Notes under the pieces: generated by a model
What the model was told of the DNA's origin: nothing
The model's database searches: none
Seen by the model: the letters and a program-made list of their open reading frames with translations, nothing else
Translations under genes and position numbers: made by a program
Shown: piece by piece, positions 50,301 through 64,000 of the stretch
Layout of the letters: every line of letters starts with the position of its first letter
Position numbering within the stretch: the first letter of the stretch is position 1
Assembly: GCA_964016885.1 (NCBI GenBank)
Contig: OZ024740.1
Span: 441,378,001 to 441,442,000 of the forward strand
Source: Eledone cirrhosa
Lineage: Eukaryota
DNA length: 64,000 bases
Direction of reading: 5' to 3'

Positions 50301-53300
50301 TAGGAATACTTACTATTATTTACTACTGTTAGGACTACTTACTACTGTTGAGACTATTTTCTACTGTTAGGACTATTTACTACTGCTAGGACTATTTACT
50401 ACTGTTGAGACTAGTTACTACTGCTGGGACTATTTACTACTGTTGAGACTATTGACTACTGCTGGGGATATGTACTACTGTTAGGACTACTTACTAATGT
50501 TGAGACTATTTACTAATGCTGGGACTATTGACCACTGCTGGGGATATGTACTACTGTTAGGACTACTTACTAATGTTGAGACTATTTACTAATGCTGGGA
50601 CTATTTACTACTGTTGAGTGTATTTACTACTGTTGAGAATATTTACTACTGCTGGGACTATTAACTACTGTTGAGGCTATTTACTACTGCTGGGACTATT
50701 TACTACTGCTGGGACTATTTACTACTGCTGGGACTATTTACTACTGTTGGGACTATTTACTACTGTTGAGACTATTTTCTACTGTTAGGAATACTTACTA
50801 CTATTTGCTACTGTTGAGATTATTTACTACTGTTGAGACTATTTTCTACTGTTAGGACTATTTACTACTGCTGGGATTATTTACTAATGCTGGGACTATT
50901 TCCTACTGCTGGGACTATTTACTACTGCTGGGACTATTAACTACTGTTGAGACTATTTACTACTGCTGGGACTACTAACTACTGTTGAGACTATTTACTG
51001 CTGCTGGGACTATTTACTACTGTTGAGTCTATTTACTACTGTTGAGACTATTTACTACTGCTGGGACTATTAACTACTGTTGAGGCTATTTACTACTGCT
51101 GGGACTATTTACTATTGCTGGGACTATTTACTACTGCTGGGACTATTTACTACTGTTGGGACTATTTACTACTGTTGAGACTATTTACTACTATTGAGAC
51201 TATTTACACCTGCTGGGACTATTTACTACTGTTGGGACTATTAACTACTGTTGAGACTATTTACTACTGCTGGGACTATTTACTACTGTTGAGACTATTT
51301 ACTACTGCTGGGACTATTTACTACTGTTGAGACTATTTACTACCGCTGGGACTATTTATTACTGTTGAGACTATTTACTACTGCTGGGACTATTTACTAC
51401 TATTGAGACTATTTACACCTGCTGGGACTATTTACTACTGCTGGGACTATTTACTACTGTTGAGACCATTTACTACTGCTGGGACTATTTACTACTGTTG
51501 AGACTATTTACTACTGCTGTGACTATCTACTACTGTTGAGACTATTTACTACTGCTGGGACTATTTACTACTGCTGGGACTATTTACTTCTGTTGAGACT
51601 ATTTACTACTACTGGGAATATTTACTATTGTTGAGACTATTTACTACAGCTGGGACTACTTACTATTGTTGTGACTGTTTACTACTGCTGGGACTATTTA
51701 CTACTTACTACTGCTGGGTCTATTTACTACTGTTGAGACTATTTACTACTGCTGGGACTATTTACTACTGTTGAGTCTATTTACTACTGCTGGGACTATT
51801 TACTGTTGCTGGGTCTATTAACTATTGTTGAGTCTATTTACTAATGCTGGGACTATTTAATACTGTTGAGTCTATTTACTACTGCTGGGACTATTTACTA
51901 TTGCTGGGACTATTTACTACTTTTGAGACTATTTTCTACTGTTGGGACTATTTACTACTATTGAGACTATTTACTACTGCTGGGACTATTTACTAGTGTT
52001 GAGACTATTTACTACTGCTGAGACTATTTACTACTGCTGGGACTATTTACTGCTGTTTAGATTATTTACTACTGATGGGACTCTTTACTACTTTTGAGAC
52101 TATTTACTACTGCTGGGAATATTTACTACTGTTGAGACTATTTACTACTGCTGGGACTATTTACTACTGTTGAGACTATTTACTACTGATGGTACTCTTT
52201 ACTACTGTTGAGACTATTTACTACTGCTGGGACTATTTACTACTGTTGAGACTATTTACTACTGCTGGGACTATTTACTACTGCTGAGTCTATTTACATA
52301 CTGCTGGGTGTATTTACTACTGTTAAGACTATTTACTAATGCTGGGATTACTACTGTTAGGACTACATACTACAACTATTTCAACGTTTCGGACTACTTA
52401 CTGCTGTTGTGACTTTTTTCTACTGCTGGGACTATTTACTATTTTTGAGACTATTTACTACTGCTGTGACTATTTACTACTGTTGAGACTATTTACTACT
52501 GCTGGGACTATTTACTACTGCTGGGACTATTTACTACTGCTGGGAATATTTACTACTGTTGAGACCATTTAGTACTGCTGGTATTATTTACTACTGCTGG
52601 GACTATTTACTACTGTTGAGATTATTTACTACTGCTGGGACAATTTACTACTGTTGAGACTATTTACTACTGCTGCGACTATTTACTGCTTACTACTGCT
52701 GGGACTATTTACTACTGTTGAGATTATTTACTACTGATGGGACTATTTACTACTGTTGAGACTATTTACTACTGTTGAGACTATTTACTACTATTGAGAC
52801 TATTTACTACTGCTGGGACTATTAACTACTGTTGAGACTATTTACTACTGCTGGGACTATTTACTACTGTTGAGACTGTTTACGACTGTTGGGACTCTTT
52901 ACTACTGTTGAGACTATTTACTACTGCTTGGACTATTTACTACTGTTGAGACTATTTACTACTGCTGGAACTATTTACTACTGTTAGGACTACTTACTAA
53001 TGTTGAGACTATTTATTAATTCTGGGACTATTTACTACTGTTAGGACTACTTTCTACTGTAAGGAATACTTACTACTATTTTCTACTGTTCGGACTATTT
53101 ACTACTGTTGGGACTATTTACTACTGTTGAGACTATTAACTACTGCTGGGACTATTTACTACTTACTACTTCTGGGTCTATTTACTAATGTTGAGACTAT
53201 TTACTACTGCTGGGACTATTTACTTCTGTTGAGACAATTAACTACTGTTGAGACTCTTTACTACTGCTCGGACTATTTACTACTGTTGAGACTATTTACT

Positions 53301-56300
53301 ACTGCTGGGAATATTTACTACTGCTCGGACTATTTACTACTTACTACTTCTGGAACTATTTACTACTGTTGAGACTATTTCCTACTGATGGGACTATTTA
53401 CTACTGTTAGGAATATTTACTACTGTTCGGATTATTTACTACTGCTGGGATTATTTACTACTGTTAGGATTATTTACTACTGCTGGGACTATTTACTACT
53501 GTTAGGACTACTTACTACTGTTGTGACTATTTACTACTCTTAGGACTATTTACTACTGCTGGGATTATTTACTACTGTTGAGACTATTTCCTACTGCTGG
53601 GACTATTTACTACTGTCAGGACTACTTACTACTGTTGAGACTACTTACTACTGATGGAACTATTTACTGCTGTCGAGACTATTTACTACGGCTGGGACTA
53701 TTTACTAGTGCTGGGATTATTTTACTATTGTTGTCACTATGTACTACTACTGCGAATATTTACTATTGTTGAGACTATTTACTACTGCTGGGACTACTTA
53801 CTATTGTTGTGACTATTTACTACTGCTGGGTCTATTTACTACCTACTACTGCTGGGACTAGTTACAACTGTTGAGACTATTTACTACTGCTGGGTCTATT
53901 TACTACTTACTACTGCTGGGACTATTTACTACTGTTGAGACTATTTACTACTGCTGAGACTATTTACTACTGCTGGGACTATTTACTACTGTTGAGATTA
54001 TTTACTACTGATGGGACTCTTTACTACTATTGAGACTATTTACTACTGCTGGGACTATTTACTACTGTTGAGACTATTTACTACTGCTTGGACTAATTAC
54101 TACTGTTGAGACTATTTACTACTGCTGGGACTACTTACTATTGTTGTGACTATTTACTACTGCTGGGTCTATTTACTACCTACTACTGCTGGGACTATTT
54201 ACTACTGTTGAGACTATTTACTACTGCTGGGACTAGTTACAACTGTTGAGACTATTTACTACTGCTGGGTCTATTTACTACTTACTACTGCTGGGACTAT
54301 TTACTACTGTTGAGACTATTTACTACTGCTGGGACTATTTACTACTGCTGAGACTATTTACTACTGCTGGGACTATTTACTACTGTTGAGATTATTTACT
54401 ACTGATGGGACTCTTTACTACTATTGAGACTATTTACTACTGCTGGGACTATTTACTACTGTTGAGACTATTTACTACTGCTTGGGCTAATTACTACTGT
54501 TGAGACTATTTTCTACTGATGGACTCTTTACTTCTGTTGAGACTATTTACTACTGCTGTGACTATTTACTACTCTTGTGACTATTCACTACTGCTGGGAC
54601 TATTTACTACTGCTGGGACTATTTACTACGGTTGAGATTATATACTACTGCTGGGATTATGTACTACTGTTAGGACTACTTACTACTGCTGTGGCTATGT
54701 ACTACTACTGGGACTATTTACTACTGTTGAGACTATTTACTACTGCTGTAACTATTTACTACTCTTGTGACTTTTTACTACTGCTGGGACTATTTAGTAC
54801 TGCTGGGACTATTTACTACGGTTGAGACTATTTACTACTGCTGGAATTATGTACTACTGTTAGGACTACTTACTACTGTTGTGGCTATGTACTACTACTG
54901 GGACTATTTACTGCTGTTGTGACTATTTACTACTGTTGAGACTATTTACTACAGATGGAACTATTTACTATTTTTGAGACTATTTACTACTGCTGTGACT
55001 ATTTACTACTTTTTAGACTATTTACTACTGCTGAGGCTATTTACTACTGTTGAGACTATTTACTACTGCTGGGACTATTTACTACTGTTGAGATAATTTA
55101 GTACTGCTGGTACTATTTACTAATGCTGGGACTATTTACTACTGTTGAGATTATTTACTACTGCTGGGACTATTTACTACTGTTGAGACTATTTACTACT
55201 GCTGGGACTATTTACTACTGCTGGGACTATTTACTCCTGCTGGGACTATTTACTACTGTTGAGATAATTTAGTACTGCTGGTACTATTTACTAATGCTGG
55301 GACTATTTACTACTGTTGAGATTATTTACTACTGCTGGGACTATTTACTACTGTTGAGACTATTTACTACTGCTGGGACTATTTACTGCTTACTACTGCT
55401 GGGACTATTTACTACTGCTGAGACTATTTACTACTTCTGGGACTATTTACTACTGCTGGGACTATTTACTACTGTTGAGACCATTTACTACTGTTGAGAT
55501 TATTTACTACTGATGGGACTATTTACTACTGTTGAGACTATTTACTACTGTTGAGCCTATTTACTACTATTGAGACTATTTACTACTGCTGGGACTATTT
55601 ACTACTTTTGAGACTATTTACTCCTGCTGGGACTCTTTACTACTGTTGAGACTATTTACTACTGATAGGACTATTTACTCCTGTTGAGACTATTTACTAC
55701 TGCTGGAACTATTTACTACTGGTGAGACTATTTACTACTGCTGGGAGTATTTACTACTGTTAAGACTATTTACTACTGCTGGGACTATTCACTACTGTTG
55801 AGACTATTTACTACTGCTGTGACTATTTACTACTCTTGAGACTATTTACTACTGGTGGGACTATTTATTTCTGCTGGGACTATTTACTACTGTTGTGACC
55901 ATTTAGTACTGCTGGTACTATTTACTACTGCTGGGACTATTTACTACTGTTGAGATTATTTACTACTGCTGGGACTATTTCCTACTGTTGAGACTAATTA
56001 CTACTGTTAGGACTACTTACTAATGTTAGGACTACTTACTACTGTTGTGACTATTTACTACTGCTGGGACTATTTACTACTGCTGGGACTATTTACTACT
56101 TTTGAGACTATTTACTACTGCTGTGACTATTTACTACTGTTTAGACTATTTACTACTGCTGAGACTATTTACTATTGTTGAGACTATTTACTACTGTTGA
56201 GACTATTTCTACTGTTGCGACTACTTACTACTGTTGTGATTATTTACTACTGTTAGGACTATTTACTACTGTTAGGACTATTTACTACTGTTGAGTCTAT

Positions 56301-59300
56301 TTACTACTGTTGAGACTATTTACTACTGTTAGGATTACTTACTAATGTTAGGACTACTTACTACTGTTGTGACTATTTACTACTGATGGGACTATTTACT
56401 ACTGCTGGGACTATTTACTACGTTTGAGACTATTTACTGCTGCTGTGACTATTTACTACTGCTGAGACTATTTACTACTGTTTAGACTAATTACTACTTC
56501 TCAGACTATTTACTACTGCTGGGACTATTTACTACTGTTGAGACCATATAGTACTGCTGGTACTATTTACTACTGCTGGGAGTATTTACTACTGTTGAGA
56601 CTATTTACTACTGCTGTGACTATCTACTACTGTTGAGACTATTTACTACTGCTGGGACTATTTACTACTGCTGGGACTATTTACTACTGTTGAGACTATT
56701 TACTACTACTGGGAATAATTACTATTGTTGAGACTATTTACTACTGCTGGGACTACTTACTATTGTTGTGACTATGTACTACTACTAGGAATATTTACTA
56801 TTGTTGAGACTATTTACTACTGCTGGGACTATTTACTACTGCTGGGACTACTTACTACTACTATTTACTACTGTATGGACTACTTACTACTGTTGTGACT
56901 ATTTACTACTGTTAGGACTATTTACTACTCTTAGGACTATTTACTACTGCTGGGACTATTTACTACTGTTAGGACTACTTACTACTGTTGTGACTATTTA
57001 CTACTGCTGGGACTATTTACTACTGCTGTGACTATTTACTACTGTTGAGACTATTTACTACTGGTGAGACTATTTACTACTGGTGAGACTATTTACTACT
57101 GCTGGGACTATTTACTACTGCTGTGACTATTTACTACTGTTGAGACTATTTACTACTGGTGAGACTATTTACTACTGCTGGGACTATTTACTACTGTTGA
57201 GACTATTTACTACTGCTGGGACTATTTACTACTGTTGAGACTATTTACTACTGCTGGGACTATTTACTACTTACTACTGCTGGGACTATTTACTACTGTT
57301 GAGACTATTTATTACTGCTGGGACTATGTACTACTGTTGAGTCTATTTACTCCTGTTGAGACTATTTACTACTGCTGGGACTATTTACTACTGCTGGGAC
57401 TATTAACTAATGTTGAGACTATTTACTACTGCTGGGACTATTTACTACTGTTGAGACTATTTACTACTGATGGGACCATTTAGTACTGTTGAGACTATTT
57501 ACTACTGCTGGGACTATTTACTACTATTGAGACTATTGACTACTGCTGGGACTATTTACTACTGTTGAGACTATTTACTACTGCTGGGACTATTTACTGC
57601 TTACTACTGCTGGGACTATTTACTACTGCTGAGACTATTTACTACTTCTGGGACTATTTACTACTGCTGGGACTATTTACTACTGTTGAGACCATTTAGT
57701 AATGCTGGTACTATTTACTACTGCTGGGACTATTTACTACTGTTGAGATTATTTACTACTGATGGGACTATTTACTACTGTTGAGACTATTTACTACTGT
57801 TGAGACTATTTACTACTATTGAGACTATTTACTACTGCTGGGACTATTTACTACTTTTGAGACTATTTACTCCTGCTGGGACTCTTTACTACTGTTGAGA
57901 CTATTTACTACTGATAGGACTAATTACTCCTGTTGAGACTATTTACTACTGCTGGAACTATTTACTACTGGTGAGACTATTTACTACTGCTGGGAGTATT
58001 TACTACTGTTAAGACTATTTACTACTGCTGGGACTATTTACTACTGTTGAGACTATTTACTATTGCTGTGACTATTTACTACTCTTGAGACTATTTACTA
58101 CTGCTGGGACTATTTACTACTGCTGGGACTATTTACTACTGTTGTGACCATTTAGTACTGCTGGTACTATTTACTACTGCTGGGACTATTTACTACTGTT
58201 GAGATTATTTACTACTGCTGGGACTATTTCCTACTGTTGAGACTAATTACTACTGTTAGGACTACTTACTAATGTTAGGACTACTTACTACTGTTGTGAC
58301 TATTTACTACTGCTGGGACTATTTACTACTGCTGGGACTATTTACTACTTTTGAGACTATTTACTACTGCTGTGACTATTTACTACTTTTTAGACTATTT
58401 ACTACTGCTGAGACTATTTACTATTGTTGAGACTATTTACTACTGTTGAGACTATTTCTACTGTTGCGACTACTTACTACTGTTGTGATTATTTACTACT
58501 GTTAGGACTATTTACTACTGTTAGGACTATTTACTACTGTTGAGTCTATTTACTACTGTTGAGACTATTTACTACTGTTAGGATTACTTACTAATGTTAG
58601 GACTACTTACTACTGTTGTGACTATTTACTACTGATGGGACTATTTACTACTGCTGGGACTATTTACTACTTTTGAGACTATTTACTGCTGCTGTGACTA
58701 TTTACTACTGCTGAGACTATTTAGTACTGTTTAGACTAATTACTACTTCTGAGACTATTTACTACTGGTGAGACTATTTACTACTGCTGGGACTATTTAC
58801 TACTGTTGAGACTATTTACTACTGCTGGGACTATTTACTACTGTTGAGACTATTTACTACTGCTGGGACTATTTACTACTTACTACTGCTGGGACTATTT
58901 ATTACTGTTGAGACTATTTATTACTGCTGGGACTATGTACTACTGTTGAGTCTATTTACTACTGTTGAGACTATTTACTACTGCTGGGACTATTAACTAA
59001 TGTTGAGACTATTTACTACTGCTGGGACTATTTACTACTGTTGAGACTATTGACTACTGCTGGGACTATTTTCTACTGTTGAGACTATTTACTACTGATG
59101 GGACCATTTAGTACTGTTGAGACTATTTCCTACTGCTGGGACTATTTACTACTATTGAGACTATTGACTACTGCTGGGACTATTTACTACTGTTGAGACT
59201 ATTTACTACTGCTGGGACTATTTACTGCTTACTACTGCTTGGACTATTTACTACTGCTGAGACTATTTACTACTTCTGGGACTATTTACTACTGCTGGGA

Positions 59301-62300
59301 CTATTTACTACTGTTGAGACCATTTAGTACTGCTGGTACTATTTACTACTGCTGGGACTATTTACTACTGTTGAGATTATTTACTACTGATGGGACTATT
59401 TACTACTGTTGAGACTATTTACTACTGTTGAGACTATTTACTACTATTGAGACTATTTACTACTGCTGGGACTATTTACTACTTTTGAGACTATTTACTC
59501 CTGCTGGGACTCTTTACTACTGTTGAGGCTATTTACTACTGATAGGACTATTTACTCCTGTTGAGACTATTTACTACTGCTGGAACTATTTACTACTGGT
59601 GAGACTATTTACTACTGCTGGGAGTATTTACTACTGTTAAGACTATTTACTACTGCTGGGACTATTTACTACTGTTGAGACTATTTACTACTGCTGTGAC
59701 TATTTACTACTCTTGAGACTATTTACTACTGCTGGGACTATTTACTACTGCTGGGACCATTTACTACTGTTGTGACCATTTAGTACTGCTGGTACTATTT
59801 ACTTCTGCTGGGACTATTTACTACTGTTGAGATTATTTACTACTGCTGGGACTATTTCCAACTGTTGAGACTAATTACTACTGTTAGGACTACTTACTAA
59901 TGTTAGGACTACTTACTACTGTTGTGACTATTTACTACTGCTGGGACTATTTACTACTGCTGGGACTATTTACTACTTTTGAGACTATTTACTACTGCTG
60001 TGACTATTTACTACTTTTTAGACTATTTACTACTGGTGAGACTATTTACTATTGTTGAGACTATTTACTACTGTTGAGGCTATTTCTACTGTTGCGACTA
60101 CTTACTACTGTTGTGATTATTTACTACTGTTAGGACTATTTACTACTGTTAGGATTATTTACTACTGTTGAGTCTATTTACTACTGTTGAGACTATTTAC
60201 TACTGTTAGGATTACTTACTAATGTTAGGACTACTTACTACTGTTGTGACTATTTACTACTGATGGGACTATTTACTACTGCTGGGACTATTTACTACTT
60301 TTGAGACTATTTACTGCTGCTGTGACTATTTACTACTGCTGAGACTATTTACTACTGTTTAGACTAATTACTACTTCTGAGACTATTTACTACTGCTGGG
60401 ACTATTTACTACTGTTGAAACCATATAGTACTGCTGGTACTATTTACTACTGCTGGGACTATTTACTACTGTTGAGACTATTTACTACTGCTGTGACTAT
60501 CTACTACTGTTGAGACTATTTACTACTGCTGGGACTATTTACTACTGCTGGGACTATTTACTACTGTTGAGACTATTTACCACTACTGGGAATAATTACT
60601 ATTGTTGAGTCTATTTACTACTGCTGGGACTACTTACTATTGTTGTGACTATGTACTACTACTAGGAATATTTACTATTGTTGAGACTATTTACTACTGC
60701 TGGGACTATTTACTACTGCTGGGACTACTTACTACTACTATTTACTACTGTATGGACTACTTACTACTGTTGTGACTATTTACTACTGTTAGGACTATTT
60801 ACTACTCTTAGGACTATTTACTACGGCAGGGACTATTTACTACGGTTGAGACTTTTTCCTACTGCTGGGACTATTTACTACTGTTAGGACTACTTACTAC
60901 TGTTGAGACTATTTACTACTGCTGGGACTATTTACTACTATTGAGACTATTGACTACTGCTGGGACTATTTACTACTGTTGAGACTATTTACTACTGCTG
61001 GGACTATTTACTGCTTACTACTGCTAGGACTATTTACTACTGCTGAGACTATTTACTACTTCTGGGACTATTTACTACTGCTGGGACTATTTACTACTGT
61101 TGAGACCATTTAGTACTGCTGGTACTATTTACTACTGCTGGGACTATTTACTACTGTTGAGATTATTTACTACTGATGGGACTATTTACTACTGTTGAGA
61201 CTATTTACTACTGTTGAGACTATTTACTACTATTGAGACTATTTACTACTGCTGGGACTATTTACTACTTTTGAGACTATTTACTCCTGCTGGGACTCTT
61301 TACTACTGTTGAGACTATTTACTACTGATAGGACTAATTACTCCTGTTGAGACTATTTACTACTGCTGGAACTATTTACTACTGGTGAGACTATTTACTA
61401 CTGCTGGGAGTATTTACTACTGTTAAGACTATTTACTACTGCTGGGACTATTTACTACTGTTGAGACTATTTACTACTGCTGTGACTATTTACTACTCTT
61501 GAGACTATTTACTACTGCTGGGACTATTTACTACTGCTGGGACTATTTACTACTGTTGTGACCATTTAGTACTGCTGGTACTATTTACTACTGCTGGGAC
61601 TATTTACTCCTGTTGAGATTATTTACTACTGCTGGGACTATTTCCAACTGTTGAGACTAATTACTACTGTTAGGACTACTTACTAATGTTAGGACTACTT
61701 ACTACTGTTGTGACTATTTACTACTGCTGGGACTATTTACTACTGCTGGGACTATTTACTACTTTTGAGACTATTTACTACTGCTGTGACTATTTACTAC
61801 TTTTTAGACTATTTACTACTGCTGAGACTATTTACTATTGTTGAGACTATTTACTACTGTTGAGACTATTTCTACTGTTGCGACTACTTACTACTGTTGT
61901 GATTATTTACTACTGTTAGGACTATTTACTACTGTTAGGACTATTTACTACTGTTGAGTCTATTTACTACTGTTGAGACTATTTACTACTGTTAGGATTA
62001 CTTACTAATGTTAGGACTACTTACTACTGTTGTGACTATTTACTACTGATGGGACTATTTACTACTGCTGGGACTATTTATTACTTTTGAGACTATTTAC
62101 TGCTGCTGTGACTATTTACTACTGCTGAGACTATTTAGTACTGTTTAGACTAATTACTACTTCTGAGACTATTTACTACTGGTGAGACTATTTACTACTG
62201 CTGGGACTATTTACTACTGTTGAGACTATTTACTACTGCTGGGACTATTTACTACTGTTGAGACTATTTACTACTGCTGGGACTATTTACTACTTACTAC

Positions 62301-64000
62301 TGCTGGGACTATTTATTACTGTTGAGACTATTTATTACTGCTGGGACTATGTACTACTGTTGAGTCTATTTACTACTGTTGAGACTATTTACTACTGCTG
62401 GGACTATTTACTACTGCTGGGACTATTAACTAATGTTGAGACTATTTACTACTGCTGGGACTATTTACTACTGTTGAGACTATTGACTACTGCTGGGACT
62501 ATTTACTACTGTTGAGACTATTTACTACTGATGGGACCATTTAGTACTGTTGAGACTATTTCCTACTGCTGGGACTATTTACTACTATTGAGACTATTGA
62601 CTACTGCTGGGACTATTTACTACTGTTGAGACTATTTACTACTGCTGGGACTATTTACTGCTTACTACTGCTTGGACTATTTACTACTGCTGAGACTATT
62701 TACTACTTCTGGGACTATTTACTACTGCTGGGACTATTTACTACTGTTGAGACCATTTAGTACTGCTGGTACTATTTACTACTGCTGGGACTATTTACTA
62801 CTGTTGAGATTATTTACTACTGATGGGACTATTTACTACTGTTGAGACTATTTACTACTGTTGAGACTATTTACTACTATTGAGACTATTTACTACTGCT
62901 GGGACTATTTACTACTTTTGAGACTATTTACTCCTGCTGGGACTCTTTACTACTGTTGAGGCTATTTACTACTGATAGGACTATTTACTCCTGTTGAGAC
63001 TATTTACTACTGCTGGAACTATTTACTACTGGTGAGACTATTTACTACTGCTGGGAGTATTTACTACTGTTAAGACTATTTACTACTGCTGGGACTATTT
63101 ACTACTGTTGAGACTATTTACTACTGCTGTGACTATTTACTACTCTTGAGACTATTTACTACTGCTGGGACTATTTACTACTGCTGGGACTATTTACTAC
63201 TGTTGAGATTATTTACTACTGCTGGGACTATTTCCTACTGTTGAGACTAATTACTACTGTTAGGACTACTTACTAATGTTAGGACTACTTACTACTGTTG
63301 TGACTATTTACTACTGCTGGGACTATTTACTACTGCTGGGACTATTTACTACTTTTGAGACTATTTACTACTGCTGTGACTATTTACTACTTTTTAGACT
63401 ATTTACTACTGCTGAGACTATTTACTATTGTTGAGACTATTTACTACTGTTGAGGCTATTTCTACTGTTGCGACTACTTACTACTGTTGTGATTATTTAC
63501 TACTGTTAGGACTATTTACTACTGTTAGGACTATTTACTACTGTTGAGTCTATTTACTACTGTTGAGACTATTTACTACTGTTAGGATTACTTACTAATG
63601 TTAGGACTACTTACTACTGTTGTGACTATTTACTACTGATGGGACTATTTACTACTGCTGGGACTATTTACTACTTTTGAGACTATTTACTGCTGCTGTG
63701 ACTATTTACTACTGCTGAGACTATTTACTACTGTTTAGACTAATTACTACTTCTGAGACTATTTACTACTGCTGGGACTATTTACTACTGTTGAAACCAT
63801 ATAGTACTGCTGGTACTATTTACTACTGCTGGGACTATTTACTACTGTTGAGACTATTTACTACTGCTGTGACTATCTACTACTGTTGAGACTATTTACT
63901 ACTGCTGGGACTATTTACTACTGCTGGGACTATTTACTACTGTTGAGACTATTTACCACTACTGGGAATAATTACTATTGTTGAGTCTATTTACTACTGC
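32333..64000. repeat. Satellite array, 19-bp monomer GACTATTTACTACTG(CTGG/TTGA/TTAG), over 31 kb, running off the window
   Basis: Continuous same-orientation monomers; CTGG and TTGA variants often alternate as 38-bp dimers; variant markers recur as higher-order blocks. Confidence 0.98.

Noticed and set aside
32399-62515. Many 60-170 aa ORFs of the type LLLLRLFTTAGTIYYCWDY
   Set aside because: A 19-bp monomer cycles through all three frames every 57 bp, giving this peptide automatically; no gene structure.
32333-64000. CRISPR array or telomeric repeat
   Set aside because: No unique spacers or cas genes, and the context is eukaryotic. TTAGG occurs only as an isolated monomer variant, not in tandem.

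Overview
AT-rich, repeat-dominated eukaryotic DNA with no recognisable host gene. The SINE core and retroelement mix suggest a cephalopod (Octopus-like) genome; this is inference. There are three zones. (1) 1-7.5 kb: microsatellites, SINEs and a cluster of seven type I hammerhead ribozyme motifs among (TA)n tracts. Three sit in a 316-bp tandem/inverted repeat with a U3-A8 core variant and a long helix I (retrozyme or Penelope-pLTR-like). Four have a minimal, near-palindromic helix III, and two of those form a 123-bp inverted repeat. (2) 7.5-32 kb: non-LTR retrotransposons in (TTA)n tracts, comprising three Tx1-like APE-RT elements (all +, one full-length), five R4/Dong-like RT-REL elements of two families (all -), and faint CRE-clade remnants. 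(3) 32.3-64 kb: a 19-bp satellite with proximal and distal higher-order-repeat domains. Short ORFs in the microsatellites and satellite are translation artefacts. All ribozyme calls come from manual pairing, not computation or assay.
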